Source: an uncultured Candidatus Rokubacteria bacterium (GTDB lineage Bacteria; Methylomirabilota; Methylomirabilia; Rokubacteriales; CSP1-6). From it: a stretch of DNA of 64,000 bases. The translations under genes and the position numbers were made by a program. Positions 40,110-51,310 of the stretch are shown here, piece by piece (within the stretch, counting starts at the first letter, position 1; the number at the start of each line of letters is the position of its first letter). The stretch is from positions 160,001 through 224,000 of the forward strand of contig CAVVEU010000008.1 of NCBI GenBank assembly GCA_963747235.1. Reading direction: 5' to 3'. The notes under the pieces were generated by a model. The model had not been told where the DNA came from, made no database searches, and saw only the letters and a list, made by a program, of their open reading frames with translations.

Positions 40110-42422
40110 ATGGCATCCAAGCTCCTGGGAGCCCACGTCAAGCGCAAGGAAGACCCGCGCCTGATCACGGGCGTGTCGCAGTACGTGGCCGACATCGCGA
40201 TGCCCGGCATGCAGCACGTGGCCTTCGTGCGGAGCCCGCACGCGCACGCGCGGGTCCGCGGGATCAAGAGCGCCGCCGCCGCGAAGCTCCCGGGGGTGGT
40301 CGCGGTGGTGACCGGCCAGGATCTCAAGGCGCACTTCGCGCCGATCCCCACCGCGACCGCGTCGGCCGAAGGCGGTGGCGTGGCCGAGGTCAAGGTCGGG
40401 CGCCAGCACTACCCGCTCTCGCTGGATCGGGTGCGCTACGTGGGCGAGCCGGTGGCCGCGGTGATCGGTCTCTCTCCGGAGGCGGCGATGGACGCGGCCG
40501 CCCTCGTCGAGGTGGACTGGGAGCCGCTGCCCGCGGTGGCCGACCCCTTCGCCGCGATGGCGGACGGGGCGCCCCAGCTCTTCGACGACGCGCCGAAGAA
40601 CATCGAGCACGGCACCACCATCAAGGCCGGGGATCCCGACGCGGCCTTCGCGAGCGCGCACCGGGTGGTCAAGCAGCGCATGAACAGCCAGCGGCTCTCC
40701 GGCATCCCGATGGAGACCCGCGCGGTGCTGGCCGCGCCCGACTTCGCCAGCGGCGGGCTCACGGTGTGGGCCACGCACCAGGCGCCCCACGTGCTGCGCG
40801 GCGGCCTGGCCGACGCGCTCCGCATGCCCCAGAACCAGATCCGGGTGATCTGCCCGGAGGTGGGCGGCGGCTTCGGCGTGAAGTTCGGGACGTATCCGGA
40901 GGACGTGACGGTCGCCGCGCTCGCGAAGCTGCGGAAGGTCCCGCTGCGGTGGATCGAGAGCCGGGTCGAGCACATGACCGGCACCACGCACGGCCGCGCC
41001 CAGATGACCGATCTGGAGGCCGCGGTGGACGCCGAGGGCCGCATCAACGGCCTGCGCATGCACGTGGTGGCCGACATCGGCGCCTACCCGATCTTCACGT
41101 TCATTCCCGACCTCACGCTGATGATGGGCGTCGGCGTGTACCACGTGAAGAACGTGGAGCTCAAGAGCACGTGCGTGTTCACCAACACCACGTCGGTCGC
41201 GGCCTATCGCGGCGCGGGCCGGCCGGAGGCCGCCTACTATCTCGAGCGGCTGGTGGACTGCATCGCGATGGAGCTGGGCAAGCCGCCCGAGGACGTGCGC
41301 CGGGTCAACTTCATCCCGCCGAGCGCGTTCCCCTACGCCGCGCCCACCGGGCAGAACTACGACAGCGGCGAGTACGCGCGCGCGCTGGCCAAGAGCCTCG
41401 AGGTGTCCCAGTACACCGCGCTCCGCGCCGAGCAGCGCGAGCGGATCGCGAAGAACGACCGCAAGCTGCTCGGCATCGGCATGGCCTGCTACGTCGAGAT
41501 GTGCGGCTTCGGGCCCTACGAGAGCGCGATGATCCGGGTCGAGCCGAGCGGGACGGTGACCGCCTATACCGGCGCGTCCGCCCACGGGCAGGGGCACGAG
41601 ACCACGTTCGCCCAGCTCATCGCGGACTATCTGGGGGTGGACTTCGACCAGGTGGTGGTGCGCCACGGCGACACCACCGGCGCGCCGATGGGCTTCGGCA
41701 CCGGCGGCAGCCGCAGCCTGGTGGTCGGCGGCTCGGCCATGGTGAAGGCGGCCGAGAAGGTGCAGGAGCGCGCCCGCCGGGTCGCGGCCTCGGCGCTGGA
41801 GGCCGCGTTCGAGGACGTCGTGGTCACCGACGGGCTCTATCACGTCAAGGGCTCGCCGGCCAAGAGCCTGACCCTGGCCAAGATCGCCGAGAAGGCCTAC
41901 GGCGAGGGTCTGCCCGCCGGGATGGAGCCGGGGCTCGAGGCCACCGAGTACTTCCGCCCGCCGCAGCTCGTGTATCCCTTCGGCGCGCACGTGGCGGTGG
42001 TGGAGGTGGATCGCGACACCGGCCGGGTCACGCTGCGCGACTTCACCTCGGTGGACGACTGCGGCGTGCGCGTCAGCCCGCTCCTGGTGGACGGGCAGGT
42101 GCACGGCGGCATCGCCCAGGGCGTGGCCCAGTCACTCCTCGAGGAAGTGGTCTACAGCGCGGACGGCCAGCTCGTCACCGGGACCTTGATGGACTACGCG
42201 GTCCCGCGCGCGGAGGACCTGCCGTTCTTCGTGACGGACCAGACGGTCACCCCGTCGCCGTTCAACCCGCTGGGCGCGAAGGGCATCGGCGAGGCCGCGA
42301 CCATCGGCTCCACGCCCGCGGTGGTCAACGCGGTGGTGGACGCGCTGAAGCCGTTCGGCGTGCGCCACCTCGACATGCCGCTCCGGCCCGAGCGGGTGTG
42401 GCGGGCGATGCAGAAGAAGTGG
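40110..42422 (+). CDS. Xanthine dehydrogenase-family molybdoprotein large subunit, form II CoxL-like (true stop probably near 42420)
   Basis: RKEDPRL, VGGGFGVK, AYRGAGRPE, HGQGHET, GAKGIGE; ORF track reads through the repeat to 42812. Confidence 0.9.
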
Positions 42423-42439
42423 CGTCACAGCGCCCTGTG

Positions 42440-42476
42440 CCCCTCACCCTACCCTCTCCCCAGAGGGGAGAGGGGG
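42440..42476. repeat. BoxC/REP-like element, copy 2
   Basis: CCCCTCACCCTACCCTCTCCCCAGAGGGGAGAGGGGG. Confidence 0.85.
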
Positions 42477-42494
42477 ATGAGGAGGGACGGCTCG

Positions 42495-43337
42495 TCAGGC
42501 GGACGGCTGCAGCATGAGCGTCGGGACGCCGCAGGTCCCGTCGCGCACCGTGAAGACATGCGTGCCCGGCTTGCGGCCGGGGCGGGCTTCGGAGACGTCG
42601 AGGCCGGCGCCGCCGAGGCGGGCGATCGCCGCCGGCGGGTCGTCCGTCCGCCAGGAGAGGCCCCAGAGGCGGTCCGGTCCGGCGGAGACGCCGGCGCGCA
42701 GATCGTGGGCCAGCTCGACGATCAGTCGCCGCAGCGGAAGAACATGAGCCGCGCGCCCCACGCGGGATTCGACCGGTCGAGGCGCATGTCGAGCCCGAGG
42801 CGCGCGCCGTAGAGCGCGGCGGCCCGCTCGGGATCGGGCGTGCGGATCACCACGTGGTCGAGCCCGGTGACCTCGCCGGGCGCGGCCGGCGGCGGGGCGG
42901 GGAGCGGCGCCTCGCGCTCGATCAGGAAGATGCGCACGCCGTGGGTCGCCGCCGTCGCGGCGCGGGTACGGCGCCAGCGGCGGCGCGCGCCGGTGGCGCG
43001 GTCCACGCTCTCCGCGGCGGCGACCGGCTCCGGATCGAGGCCGAGCCGGGTGAGGCGACGATGGGCGCGCTCCACGTCGTCCACCGCGAAGGCCAGGCTC
43101 GCGAGCCCTTCGCCCTGGGCGTCGAGGACGGCGCGCAGGCGCTCCGCGCCGGGGCCGTCGCCCGCGGGCGCGATCAGCTCCGCCGCGACGTTGGCGAGCT
43201 GGAAGACCGCGGTCTGCGCCGCCGCCGGCCGCGTCCGCGCGCCAGCACGGGGGGCGGCCGAGCAGGCGCTGGTAGGCGGCGATCCCGGCGTCGAGATCGC
43301 GCACCGCGATGACCACGTGATCGAGTGCTTGAATCAT
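42495..43337 (-). CDS. Two-domain VOC/glyoxalase family protein (frameshifted)
   Basis: [11 protein letters not shown] and [16 protein letters not shown]. Confidence 0.85.
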   Translation of the reverse strand: MIQALDHVVIAVRDLDAGIAAYQRLLGRPPCWRADAAGGGADRGLPARQRRGGADRARGRRPRRGAPARRPRRPGRRAREPGLRGGRRGARPSSPHPARPRSGAGRRRGERGPRHRRAPPLAPYPRRDGGDPRRAHLPDRARGAAPRPAAGRARRGHRARPRGDPHARSRAGRRALRRAPRARHAPRPVESRVGRAAHVLPLRRLIVELAHDLRAGVSAGPDRLWGLSWRTDDPPAAIARLGGAGLDVSEARPGRKPGTHVFTVRDGTCGVPTLMLQPSA

Positions 43338-43401
43338 GCGACGGCTTCGTCGCGCGGAGCCAGGGTGGCGGGCACGGTGCGGGAAGTGTAGCATTCAGCC
43401 G

Positions 43402-44289
43402 ATGGCACAGCCGATTTCCGCCGCCGATCCGTATCCGCGTCGCCGCGTGGCGACGCTCGACACCGAGATGGCCTACGTGGACGTGGGCGCGGGCGATCCG
43501 GTGGTGTTCCTCCACGGCAACCCGACCTCGTCCTATCTCTGGCGCAACGTGATCCCGCACGTCGAGGCGCTCGGCCGCTGCCTGGCTCCCGATCTGGTCG
43601 GCATGGGCGACTCGGGCCGGGCGCCCGCGGGCTCCTATCGCTTCGTGGACCACGCGCGCTATCTCGACGCCTGGTTCGACGCGATCGTCCCGGCGCGCCC
43701 GGTGACGCTGGTCGTGCACGACTGGGGCTCGGCGCTGGGCTTCGACTGGGCGCGGCGCCACCCGGAGCGCGTGCGCGGCGTCGTCTACATGGAGGCGCTC
43801 GTCCGGCCGGTGACGTGGGATGAGTGGCCGGAGCCGGCGCGGAAGGTCTTCCAGGCCATGCGGTCACCGGGCGGCGAGGAGATGGTGCTCCAGAAGAACG
43901 TGTTCGTGGAGCGGATCCTGCCCGCGAGCGTGCTGCGCGGCCTGACCGAGGCCGAGATGACGGTCTATCGCCGGCCGTACCTCGAGCCCGGCGAGTCGCG
44001 CCGCCCGACGCTGACCTGGCCGCGGCAGATCCCGATCGACGGCGAGCCCGCCGACGTCGTGGCCATCGCGGACGCGTACGCGACATGGCTGGCCGCGGCC
44101 GCCGACCTGCCGAAGCTCTTCGTCAACGCCGATCCGGGCGTCATCCTCACCGGGCCGCAGCGCGAGTTCTGCCGGCGCTGGCCGAACCAGCGGGAGGTCA
44201 CGGTGCGGGGCAGCCACTTCATCCAGGAGGATTCGCCGGACGAGATCGGCGAGGCGGTGGCCGCGTTCGTGGGGCGGCTGCCGCGCTGA
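43402..44289 (+). CDS. dhaA: Haloalkane dehalogenase (HLD-II, DhaA/LinB-like)
   Basis: [32 protein letters not shown]. Confidence 0.92.
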   Translation: MAQPISAADPYPRRRVATLDTEMAYVDVGAGDPVVFLHGNPTSSYLWRNVIPHVEALGRCLAPDLVGMGDSGRAPAGSYRFVDHARYLDAWFDAIVPARPVTLVVHDWGSALGFDWARRHPERVRGVVYMEALVRPVTWDEWPEPARKVFQAMRSPGGEEMVLQKNVFVERILPASVLRGLTEAEMTVYRRPYLEPGESRRPTLTWPRQIPIDGEPADVVAIADAYATWLAAAADLPKLFVNADPGVILTGPQREFCRRWPNQREVTVRGSHFIQEDSPDEIGEAVAAFVGRLPR

Positions 44290-44296
44290 CCTCGCG

Positions 44297-44379
44297 CCCC
44301 CTCACCCTGCCCTCTCCCCCTCCGGGGGCGAGGGTTCCCCTTCTCCCTCTCCCCTCAGGGGAGAGGGCAGGGTGAGGGG
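44297..44379. repeat. Inverted pair of BoxC/REP-like elements
   Basis: CCCCCTCACCCTGCCCTCTCCCC...GGGGAGAGGGCAGGGTGAGGGG between convergent stops. Confidence 0.85.
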
Positions 44380-45258
44380 TCAGGCGAGGAACTCGCGGAT
44401 AACCCGCAGGAACTCGTCGAGGCGGTCGTGGTGCAGCCAGTGGCCGGCGCGGTCGAAGCCGATGACGGAGGCGTTGCGGAACGGCTCGAGGCGCCCGTCC
44501 TCGGCCGGATTGCCGGACCAGCTCTCCTTGCCGTAGAGCAGGAGCGTCGGGCAGGTGATGCGCGAGTAGAGCAGCGCGAGGTCCCGCAGGCGCATGTCGT
44601 AGGGCGGAAACACGCGCACGTAGTTGTCGAACTTCCAGCTATACGTCCCGTCCTCGTTCTGGTTCACCCCGTGGACGGTGAGGTGCCGCGCCTGCTCGGC
44701 GGAGAGATGCGGGTTCTCGTCCTGCATGCGGCGGAAGGCGTCCTCGATCGACGGGTAGCGGCGGGGGAGCCGGCCCGCCAGGTTGCGCTGCTCGCGGATC
44801 CACTCGTCCATCCGGTCCGCGATCGTCTTGGCCCTGCGCTCGGCGAGCTTCCGCGGCGACGGCCCCACGCCCTCGATGGACACCAGCCGGGCCACCGTCT
44901 CCGGGTAGATCCCGGCGTAGCGCAGCGCGATGTTGCCGCCCAGCGAGTGGGCCACGATGGTGACCGGGGCCAGCCGCTGGCCGTGGATGAGCTGGGCCAG
45001 GTCGTAGATGTAGCCGGCCATCGTGTAGCTGCCGTCGGTGGACCACTGGCTGTCGCCGTGGCCGCGCAGGTCCGGCGCGATGATGTGCCAGTCGTTGCGG
45101 AGCGCCGCCGCGGTCCAGTCCCAGTTGCGGCAGTGGTCGCGCCCGCCGTGGAGCAGCAGGAGCGGCGGCTTGTCGGGATTGCCCCAGTCGACATAGTGCA
45201 GGCGGAGGCGCTGGGAGAAGAACGTGTGCGACGCGGGGCCCGGCATGGTGTCGGTCAT
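44380..45258 (-). CDS. Alpha/beta hydrolase
   Basis: LHGGRDH, DLRGHGDS, AHSLGG, AGHWLHHD. Confidence 0.9.
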   Translation of the reverse strand: MTDTMPGPASHTFFSQRLRLHYVDWGNPDKPPLLLLHGGRDHCRNWDWTAAALRNDWHIIAPDLRGHGDSQWSTDGSYTMAGYIYDLAQLIHGQRLAPVTIVAHSLGGNIALRYAGIYPETVARLVSIEGVGPSPRKLAERRAKTIADRMDEWIREQRNLAGRLPRRYPSIEDAFRRMQDENPHLSAEQARHLTVHGVNQNEDGTYSWKFDNYVRVFPPYDMRLRDLALLYSRITCPTLLLYGKESWSGNPAEDGRLEPFRNASVIGFDRAGHWLHHDRLDEFLRVIREFLA

Positions 45259-46338
45259 GGATGACGGCTGATCCGGGGAGCCGCTCCCGTCAGGAGGTAG
45301 TCCACCGCGCGGCGGTGGCTCTCGAGCAGGCCGTCGAGCCGCGCGGGCTCGCCGCGGCCCCAGCCGCACTCGGTGGCCACGCCGAAGCCGCCGCCCACCG
45401 CGGCGCGCGCGGTGTCCATGCGCCGCCGGTCGCCCTCGACATCGTCGTGGTGGATGAGCCCCAGGTAGAGGCGCGTGCGCTCGGGCAGGCGCAGGCCGCG
45501 GAGCGGCGCGAAGTACGCGGCGTCGTCACGCTCGCGCGGCACCGGCAGGTGGATGAAGTCGAGCGGCCGCCTCACCGCGGCGACGATGGCGCGGGTGAGC
45601 TCGGCGAGCACGCCCGCGTCGGTCGGCATCACCAGGTGCTGATCGGCCGGGCTGCCGTAGCAGAGGTGATAGCCGAGCTCGACGTCGGCGGGCACCGCGG
45701 CGCCCAGGCGCTCGAGCAGGGCGAAGATCCGCGTCTTGTAGTCGGCGGGGCGGGACGGGAAGTAGTTCTCGAACACCAGCACCTCCTGGCAGATGTCCCA
45801 CTGGATGCTGAGCTCGGCGTGGGGGATGGCGGCCGTGATGTCGTCGAGCGCCCGGAGCAGCGAGCGCTCGTAGACCCGCAGGTAGTCGTCGTGCGCGCGC
45901 GGGCTCACGTACATGCAGGCGCTCGACATGGCGGTGGGCAGGCAGACCTGGAAGCGCAGCCCCGGCGGCACCACGCCCTCGCGGCGGAGCCGCGTGAAGA
46001 CGGCCCAGGACTCGCGCGCGGCCTCCGCGTAGCCGGTCGGGAACACGACGGAGTCGGGATCCACGCCGGGCCGGAAGCGCAGGAGATCGGTGCGGCGCAG
46101 CAGGGAGCCGTCCCACTGGCGCAGCTCGAGCAGCCCCGCGTCCGCGTCCACCTCCATGGCGGGATGGCGCTCGAGCATCGTCCGCTGCCAGTAGATCCAG
46201 CGCCGGCGCTCGCCGGTCTCGCCGTCGGGCATGCGCGAGAGCACGGGGCCGAGCGGCGGCGGAGAGGCGGCGGAAGACGTCCTCGGTGGTGGCGAGCGGG
46301 ACGCTGCCGATGAGGTGCGCGAGCCCCGGCGCGCTCAT
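45255..46338 (-). CDS. UROD/MetE-like barrel protein (frameshift near 46250)
   Basis: HLIGSVP, MPDGETGER, GYHLCYG, ATECGWGR. Confidence 0.75.
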
Positions 46339-47015
46339 CGGACCAGGGCCCCGCGGTCGAGCGTGGCCACGCGATCGGCGACCGCCTCGGCCACCGCCGT
46401 CTCCCGCTCGGTCAGCACGATCGTCGCGCCGGCGGCGCGCAGCTCGGCGATCAGCGCGGCCATGCCCGGGCGGTCTTCCAGGGGCAGGCGGCCGAGCGGG
46501 CTGTCGAGGAGGAGCAGGCGCGGCGCCAGGGCCAGGGCCTGGGCCAGCTCGAGCCGCGCGAGCTCCGCCGCCGAGAGCGCGTCGCGGCGCCGGCGCGCGT
46601 CGGCGGCGAGCCCGACGCGCTCGAGCAGCGCGGCGTCGCGCGCGCGGCCGTCCGCGCCGGGCCAGCGGGCCGCGACCGCGCTGAGCGGGCCCCAGCGCGG
46701 CCAGCGTCGCGCCAGCGTGATCGCCTCCGTGACCGCCAGGGACCAGGGCGGCGTGGAGATCTCGCCGACCCGGACCAGCCCCTGCCGGGCGCGCTCGCGC
46801 GGATCCGTCCCGGTGATCTCACGGCCGTCGTAGATCAGCCGGCCGGACTCGAAGGGGAGCGAGCCGGTGAGACAGCGCAGGCCGACGGTCTTGCCCGCGC
46901 CGGCGGGGCCGCAGAGCGCGAAGATCTCGCCCTCCTCCACGGTGAACGAGAGCGCGTCCAGCACGGCGACGCCGCCCACGCGGCAGGTGAGGCCGACGAC
47001 CTCCAGTATTCTCAT
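46335..47015 (-). CDS. Degenerate LivG/LivF-like ABC ATPase
   Basis: Walker A GPAGAGKT, but signature LSAAE, Walker B LLLLDSP, no H-loop His. Confidence 0.7.
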   Translation of the reverse strand: MRILEVVGLTCRVGGVAVLDALSFTVEEGEIFALCGPAGAGKTVGLRCLTGSLPFESGRLIYDGREITGTDPRERARQGLVRVGEISTPPWSLAVTEAITLARRWPRWGPLSAVAARWPGADGRARDAALLERVGLAADARRRRDALSAAELARLELAQALALAPRLLLLDSPLGRLPLEDRPGMAALIAELRAAGATIVLTERETAVAEAVADRVATLDRGALVR

Positions 47016-47021
47016 GCGGGC

Positions 47022-47906
47022 CTAGCAGTCCAGTCGCGTCACGCGGGCTCCAGTCGAGGTCAGCGCGCGCACGCGCTCCATGAGGCCGGCCTGGTCCATC
47101 GTGGCCAGGCGCTGGCCGAGTACCACCGGGCGGCCGTGGACCCACACGTCGGTCACCGCCTGGTGGGACATCGCGTACACCACGTTCTTCAGCAGGTGCG
47201 CCCGCGGATGCAGCGACGGGTGCTCGAGATCCACCGCCACCAGGTCGGCGAGCATGCCGGGGGCGATGTCGCCCGCGGGCAGGCCCACAGCCGGCCGCCG
47301 TCCACCGTGCCCATCGCGAAGGCCTGCTCGGCGGGGAGCCGCGTGCCGTCGAGATGCCGCACCTTCTGGAGCAGCGCGGCCATCCGCATCTCCTCGAACA
47401 CGCTCAGGCGATTGTTGGTGCAGCCGCCGTCGGTGCCGAGCCCGATCAGGATGCCGAGCGCCTTCATCTCGGTGATGCGGGTGATGCCGTCGCCCAGGAT
47501 CATGTTGGACGACGGGCAGTAGGCGAGCCCGGCCCCGCGGTCGGCCATCAGGCCGAGCTCCTCGTCGTCGAGCCACACGCAGTGCACGCCGATCATGCGC
47601 GGGCCCAGCACGCCGAGCTTGTCGAGCAGGCGGATGGGCGTGGCCCCGTGCTCGGCGAGCGTGCGCTGGCCCTCGTACTGGCCCTCGGCGGCGTGGATGT
47701 GGAACTTGGTGTTGGCTTCTTCCGCGACCTCCCAGCCCGCGCGGATCATGGCGGGCGAGGCTCCGTGGGGGCTGTGCGGGGCCGGCTGCACGGCCACCAG
47801 CGCGTCGCCGGTGTGCGCGCGGATCAGCTCGCGGACCCGGCGCGCCGCGTCCGCGGGGGTCTCGCGATAGCGGGCGGGGGCGGTCTTCTCCTCCGGCGCG
47901 CTCCAG
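47022..47906 (-). pseudogene. Metal-dependent amidohydrolase (MtaD/HutF-like), 5' part missing
   Basis: APHSPH, FHIHAAE, VHCVW, CPSSN, LGTDG, ADLVAV; no N-terminal HxH or start. Confidence 0.8.
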
Positions 47907-48141
47907 CTCGACGGCCGCCCCACCACGGTCCCCGCGCTGGACGAGGAGCTCCGGAGGCTCAAGTCCGACAAGGGCGTGGTCTGGTACCACCGGCAGAATC
48001 CCGGCCAGCGAGCCCCCGCCGCAGGGCCAGGCCGTCATCCAGCTCATCATCAAGCATCAGCTCCCGGTCAGCATGTCGACGAAGCCCGATTTCTCGGACT
48101 ACGTCGACGACAAGGGCGTCTCGCGGCCCCGTCCCCGGTAG
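47901..48141 (+). pseudogene. 3' fragment of a hypothetical protein, 5' part missing
   Basis: LQLDGRPTTVPALDEELRRLKSDKGVVWYHRQNP / EPPPQGQAVIQLIIKHQLPVSMSTKPDFSDYVDDKGVSRPRPR-stop with genome-typical codon use. Confidence 0.6.
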
Positions 48142-49455
48142 CTAGTACCGGTTCGCGATCGGCAGCTCGTCGGCCGGGAAGAGGGTGATGATCTGCGCGC
48201 CCTTCGGCGTCACGATCACTTCCTCCTCGATGCGCGCGGCCGAGGTGCCGTCGGTGGCCGGGCAGTAGGTCTCGACCGCGAAGACCATGCCGACCTCGAG
48301 CTCCATCGGATCGTCGAAGGAGTTCAGCCGCGAGATGATCGGCCGCTCGTGCAGGCCGAGGCCGAGCCCGTGGCAGAAGTTGAGGCCGAAGGCCGCCATC
48401 TCGCTCTCGAAGCCGATGTCCTGCGCGCGCGGGAAGGCGCGCGCGATGCGATCGGTGCCGACGCCCGGCTTGATGAGGGCGATGGCCCCGTCCATCCACT
48501 CGCGGGCGCGCTTGTAGGCGGTCTGCTGCGGCGCGGTCGCGCGCCCCACGCTGAAGGTGCGGTAGTAGCAGGTGCGGTAGCCCACGTAGGACTGGATGAT
48601 GTCGAAGAAGGCCTGGTCGCCCGGGCGGATGATGCGGTCGGTGAAGTTGTGCGGGTGCGGGGAGCAGCGCTCGCCGGAGATCGCGTTGATGGCCTCCACG
48701 CAGTCCGAGCCCATCTCGTAGAGCCGCTTGTTGGCCAGCGCCACGATGTCGTTCTCGCGCACCCCGGGCTTGAGCGCCTCGAAGATGTCCTGGTAGACGC
48801 CGTCGCCCATCGCGGCGGCCATGTTGAGCAGGACCAGCTCGTCCGCGTTCTTGATCACGCGGGCCTCCAGCATCACCTGCTGGCCGTCGCGCACCTGGAT
48901 GCCCACCTTCTGCAGCGCGAAGAGGAAGGGCGGCTCCACGACGTCGATGCCGAGCGGCATGCCCGCCACGCCCTCGCGGGTCAGGATGGCCTTGATCTCG
49001 CGCGCCGCCGCCTCGAAGAGGCCGGCCTTCGGCGAGACCGCGCCGCGCATGCCCACCATGCCGGCCAGGCACTGGTTCGGCGGGAGCTGCGGCGTGGAGA
49101 GGCGGTGATGCCGCGCCGCGGAGCCGAAATCCCACACCCAGGGCTGGCCGTTGCCGGTGAGCAGGCTCCAGCGGGTGAGCTTGTCGCGCGCCCACTCGCC
49201 GATGACGGTGCCGGAGATGTAGCGGATGTTGTACTGGTCGAAGAGCAGCAGGGCGCCCAGGCCCGACTTCGCGAGGGCCCGGCGGGTGCGGCCGAGGCGA
49301 TACTCGTGCAGGCGGTGGAAGTCCACCCGCTCCTCGAAATCCACCTGGGTGTGGCCGGGCGCCTGGATGGGCCGGTCCCAGCGGTGCTTCGGGTCCACCG
49401 CGTCGGACTTCCGGGCCGTGGCCTTCGTGGCCGGGGCCGCTGCCTTGCGCGCCAT
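48142..49455 (-). CDS. M24 (Xaa-Pro peptidase/creatinase fold) family protein
   Basis: FDQYNIRY, RVIK, FFDI, CHGLGL, ETY, RIEEEV. Confidence 0.88.
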   Translation of the reverse strand: MARKAAAPATKATARKSDAVDPKHRWDRPIQAPGHTQVDFEERVDFHRLHEYRLGRTRRALAKSGLGALLLFDQYNIRYISGTVIGEWARDKLTRWSLLTGNGQPWVWDFGSAARHHRLSTPQLPPNQCLAGMVGMRGAVSPKAGLFEAAAREIKAILTREGVAGMPLGIDVVEPPFLFALQKVGIQVRDGQQVMLEARVIKNADELVLLNMAAAMGDGVYQDIFEALKPGVRENDIVALANKRLYEMGSDCVEAINAISGERCSPHPHNFTDRIIRPGDQAFFDIIQSYVGYRTCYYRTFSVGRATAPQQTAYKRAREWMDGAIALIKPGVGTDRIARAFPRAQDIGFESEMAAFGLNFCHGLGLGLHERPIISRLNSFDDPMELEVGMVFAVETYCPATDGTSAARIEEEVIVTPKGAQIITLFPADELPIANRY

Positions 49456-49534
49456 CTCCGCCTCCTCGCGTTCGTGGTGAGCGACGCGTCTCTCCTACCA
49501 CAGACCGTGGGGGTGCGATAGACTCGGCTGCATC

Positions 49535-51303
49535 ATGACGACGCCGTCCTCGCACGACGCCCCCGCCCAGGACGCCATGCCGACGACCAAGGGCCTGAAC
49601 TACTTCCTGGAAGACCGCAACTTCCAGTTCCTCTGCGAGTCGGTCATGGGCGCGGAGGTCTACGAGCGGGCCCGGCCGCACCTGACCGACCTGGGCGCGA
49701 TCGCGGGCGACGAGCTCGACGCGCTGGCCGCCGTCGCCGACCGCAATCCGCCCGTGCTGCGCGCCTGGGACGAGCGGGGGCGGCGCGTGGACGAGGTGGT
49801 GCGCCATCCGGCCTATCGCCGCATGGAGGAGATCGCCTTCTCCCGGTTCGGGCTGGCCGCCATGGCGCACCGGCCGGGCGTGCTGGGCTGGCCCGGCCGC
49901 GCCCCGCAGGTGCTCAAGTACGCGCTGTCGTATCTCTTCGCGCAGGCCGAGTTCGGCCTGCTCTGCCCGGTGAACATGACGGACTCGTGCGCGCGCATGC
50001 TCGGCGCGTTCGGCAGCGAGGAGCTCAAGGCGCGCTACCTGCCGCATCTCACCACCACCGAGTCCGACGCGCTCTGGCAGGGCACGCAGTGGATGACCGA
50101 GCGCACCGGCGGCTCCGACGTGGGCGCCTCCACCACGGTGGCCCGGCGCGGCGCCGACGGGCAGTGGCGCCTGTGGGGCGACAAGTGGTTCACCTCGGTG
50201 GCCAACGCGGAGCTCGCGCTGACGCTGGCGCGGCCCGAGGGGGCGCCCGAGGGCACGCGCGGGCTCGCGATGTTCCTGGTGCCCAAGCGCCTGCCGGACG
50301 GCAGCAAGAACGCGTGGACGATCAACCGGCTGAAGGACAAGCTCGGCTCGCGCTCCATGGCGACCGGCGAGGTGACCTACGCGGGGGCGGTCGGCGTACG
50401 TGGTGGGCGAGCTCGACTCGGGCTTCAAGCAGATGATGGAGATGGTCAACGGCTCGCGGCTGTCCAACGCGATGCGCGCGGCCGGCATCATGCGGCGCGC
50501 CCTGCTCGAGTCGCTGGTGCACGCGCGGCAGCGCGTGGCCTTCGGCCGGCCGCTGATCGAGCTGCCGCTGCTGCGCAGCAACCTGCTCGGCATGCTGCTC
50601 GACGCGGAGGCGGCGGCCTCGGTGATCCTGAACGGCGCCGCGCTGCTCGACCGGCGCGACACCGGGTCGGCCGAGGCGCGCGCGCTCGCGCGGGTGTGGA
50701 CGCCGCTCGCCAAGTACTGGATCACGCTGCGGGCCCGCGACGTGACGTCCGAGGCCATGAACGTCCGCGGCGGCAACGGCTACGTCGAGGAGTGGGTGAA
50801 CCCGCGCCTGCTGCGCGACGCCTACCTCGGCGCGATCTGGGAGGGCTCGGCCAACGTGGTGGCGCTCGACGTCCAGCGCGCGATCGCCAAGGACCACGGG
50901 CTCGAGGCGCTGGCCGCCTTCATGGCCGAGCGACTCGCGACGCGTGACGGAGCCGGCCGCGAAGCCGTGGGTGGACCTGGTGAAGGCGAACCTCGAGGCG
51001 GTGACGCGGCAGACCGCGGGCTGGGCCGCGCAGTCCGCGGCCGAGCGGGAGCTCGCCGCGCGCCCGGTGGCGGACACGCTCTACCATCTGCTCGCGGGCT
51101 CGCTGCTGCTGGCCGAGGGGCAGCTCCTGCGCGAGCAGGGCGGGGGCTACCGGAAGCTGCTCGCGGCCGGCCTCTATCTCAAGCGCTGGCTCGAGCCGCG
51201 CGGCCCCGCGAGCCCGCCGTTCACCGCGCGGCAGATCGAGTGGCTCGACGCCCTCGCGGAGTGGCGGCCCATCGCCGCCGCCGCGCTCGCGGACGTGGAC
51301 TAG
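49535..51303 (+). CDS. Acyl-CoA dehydrogenase, AidB-like (2 frameshifts)
   Basis: CPVNMT, MTERTGGSD, GDKWFTS, LKDKLG, GGNGY, IWEGSAN. Confidence 0.9.
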
Positions 51304-51310
51304 GAGAGCC

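Noticed and set aside
40110-42422. Bona fide aerobic CO dehydrogenase
   Set aside because: Active-site loop is AYRGAGR (form II), not AYXCSFR, and coxS/coxM are absent
42423-42812. C-terminal extension of the CoxL-like protein
   Set aside because: Reads through the repeat and antisense into the VOC gene; likely a lost stop codon
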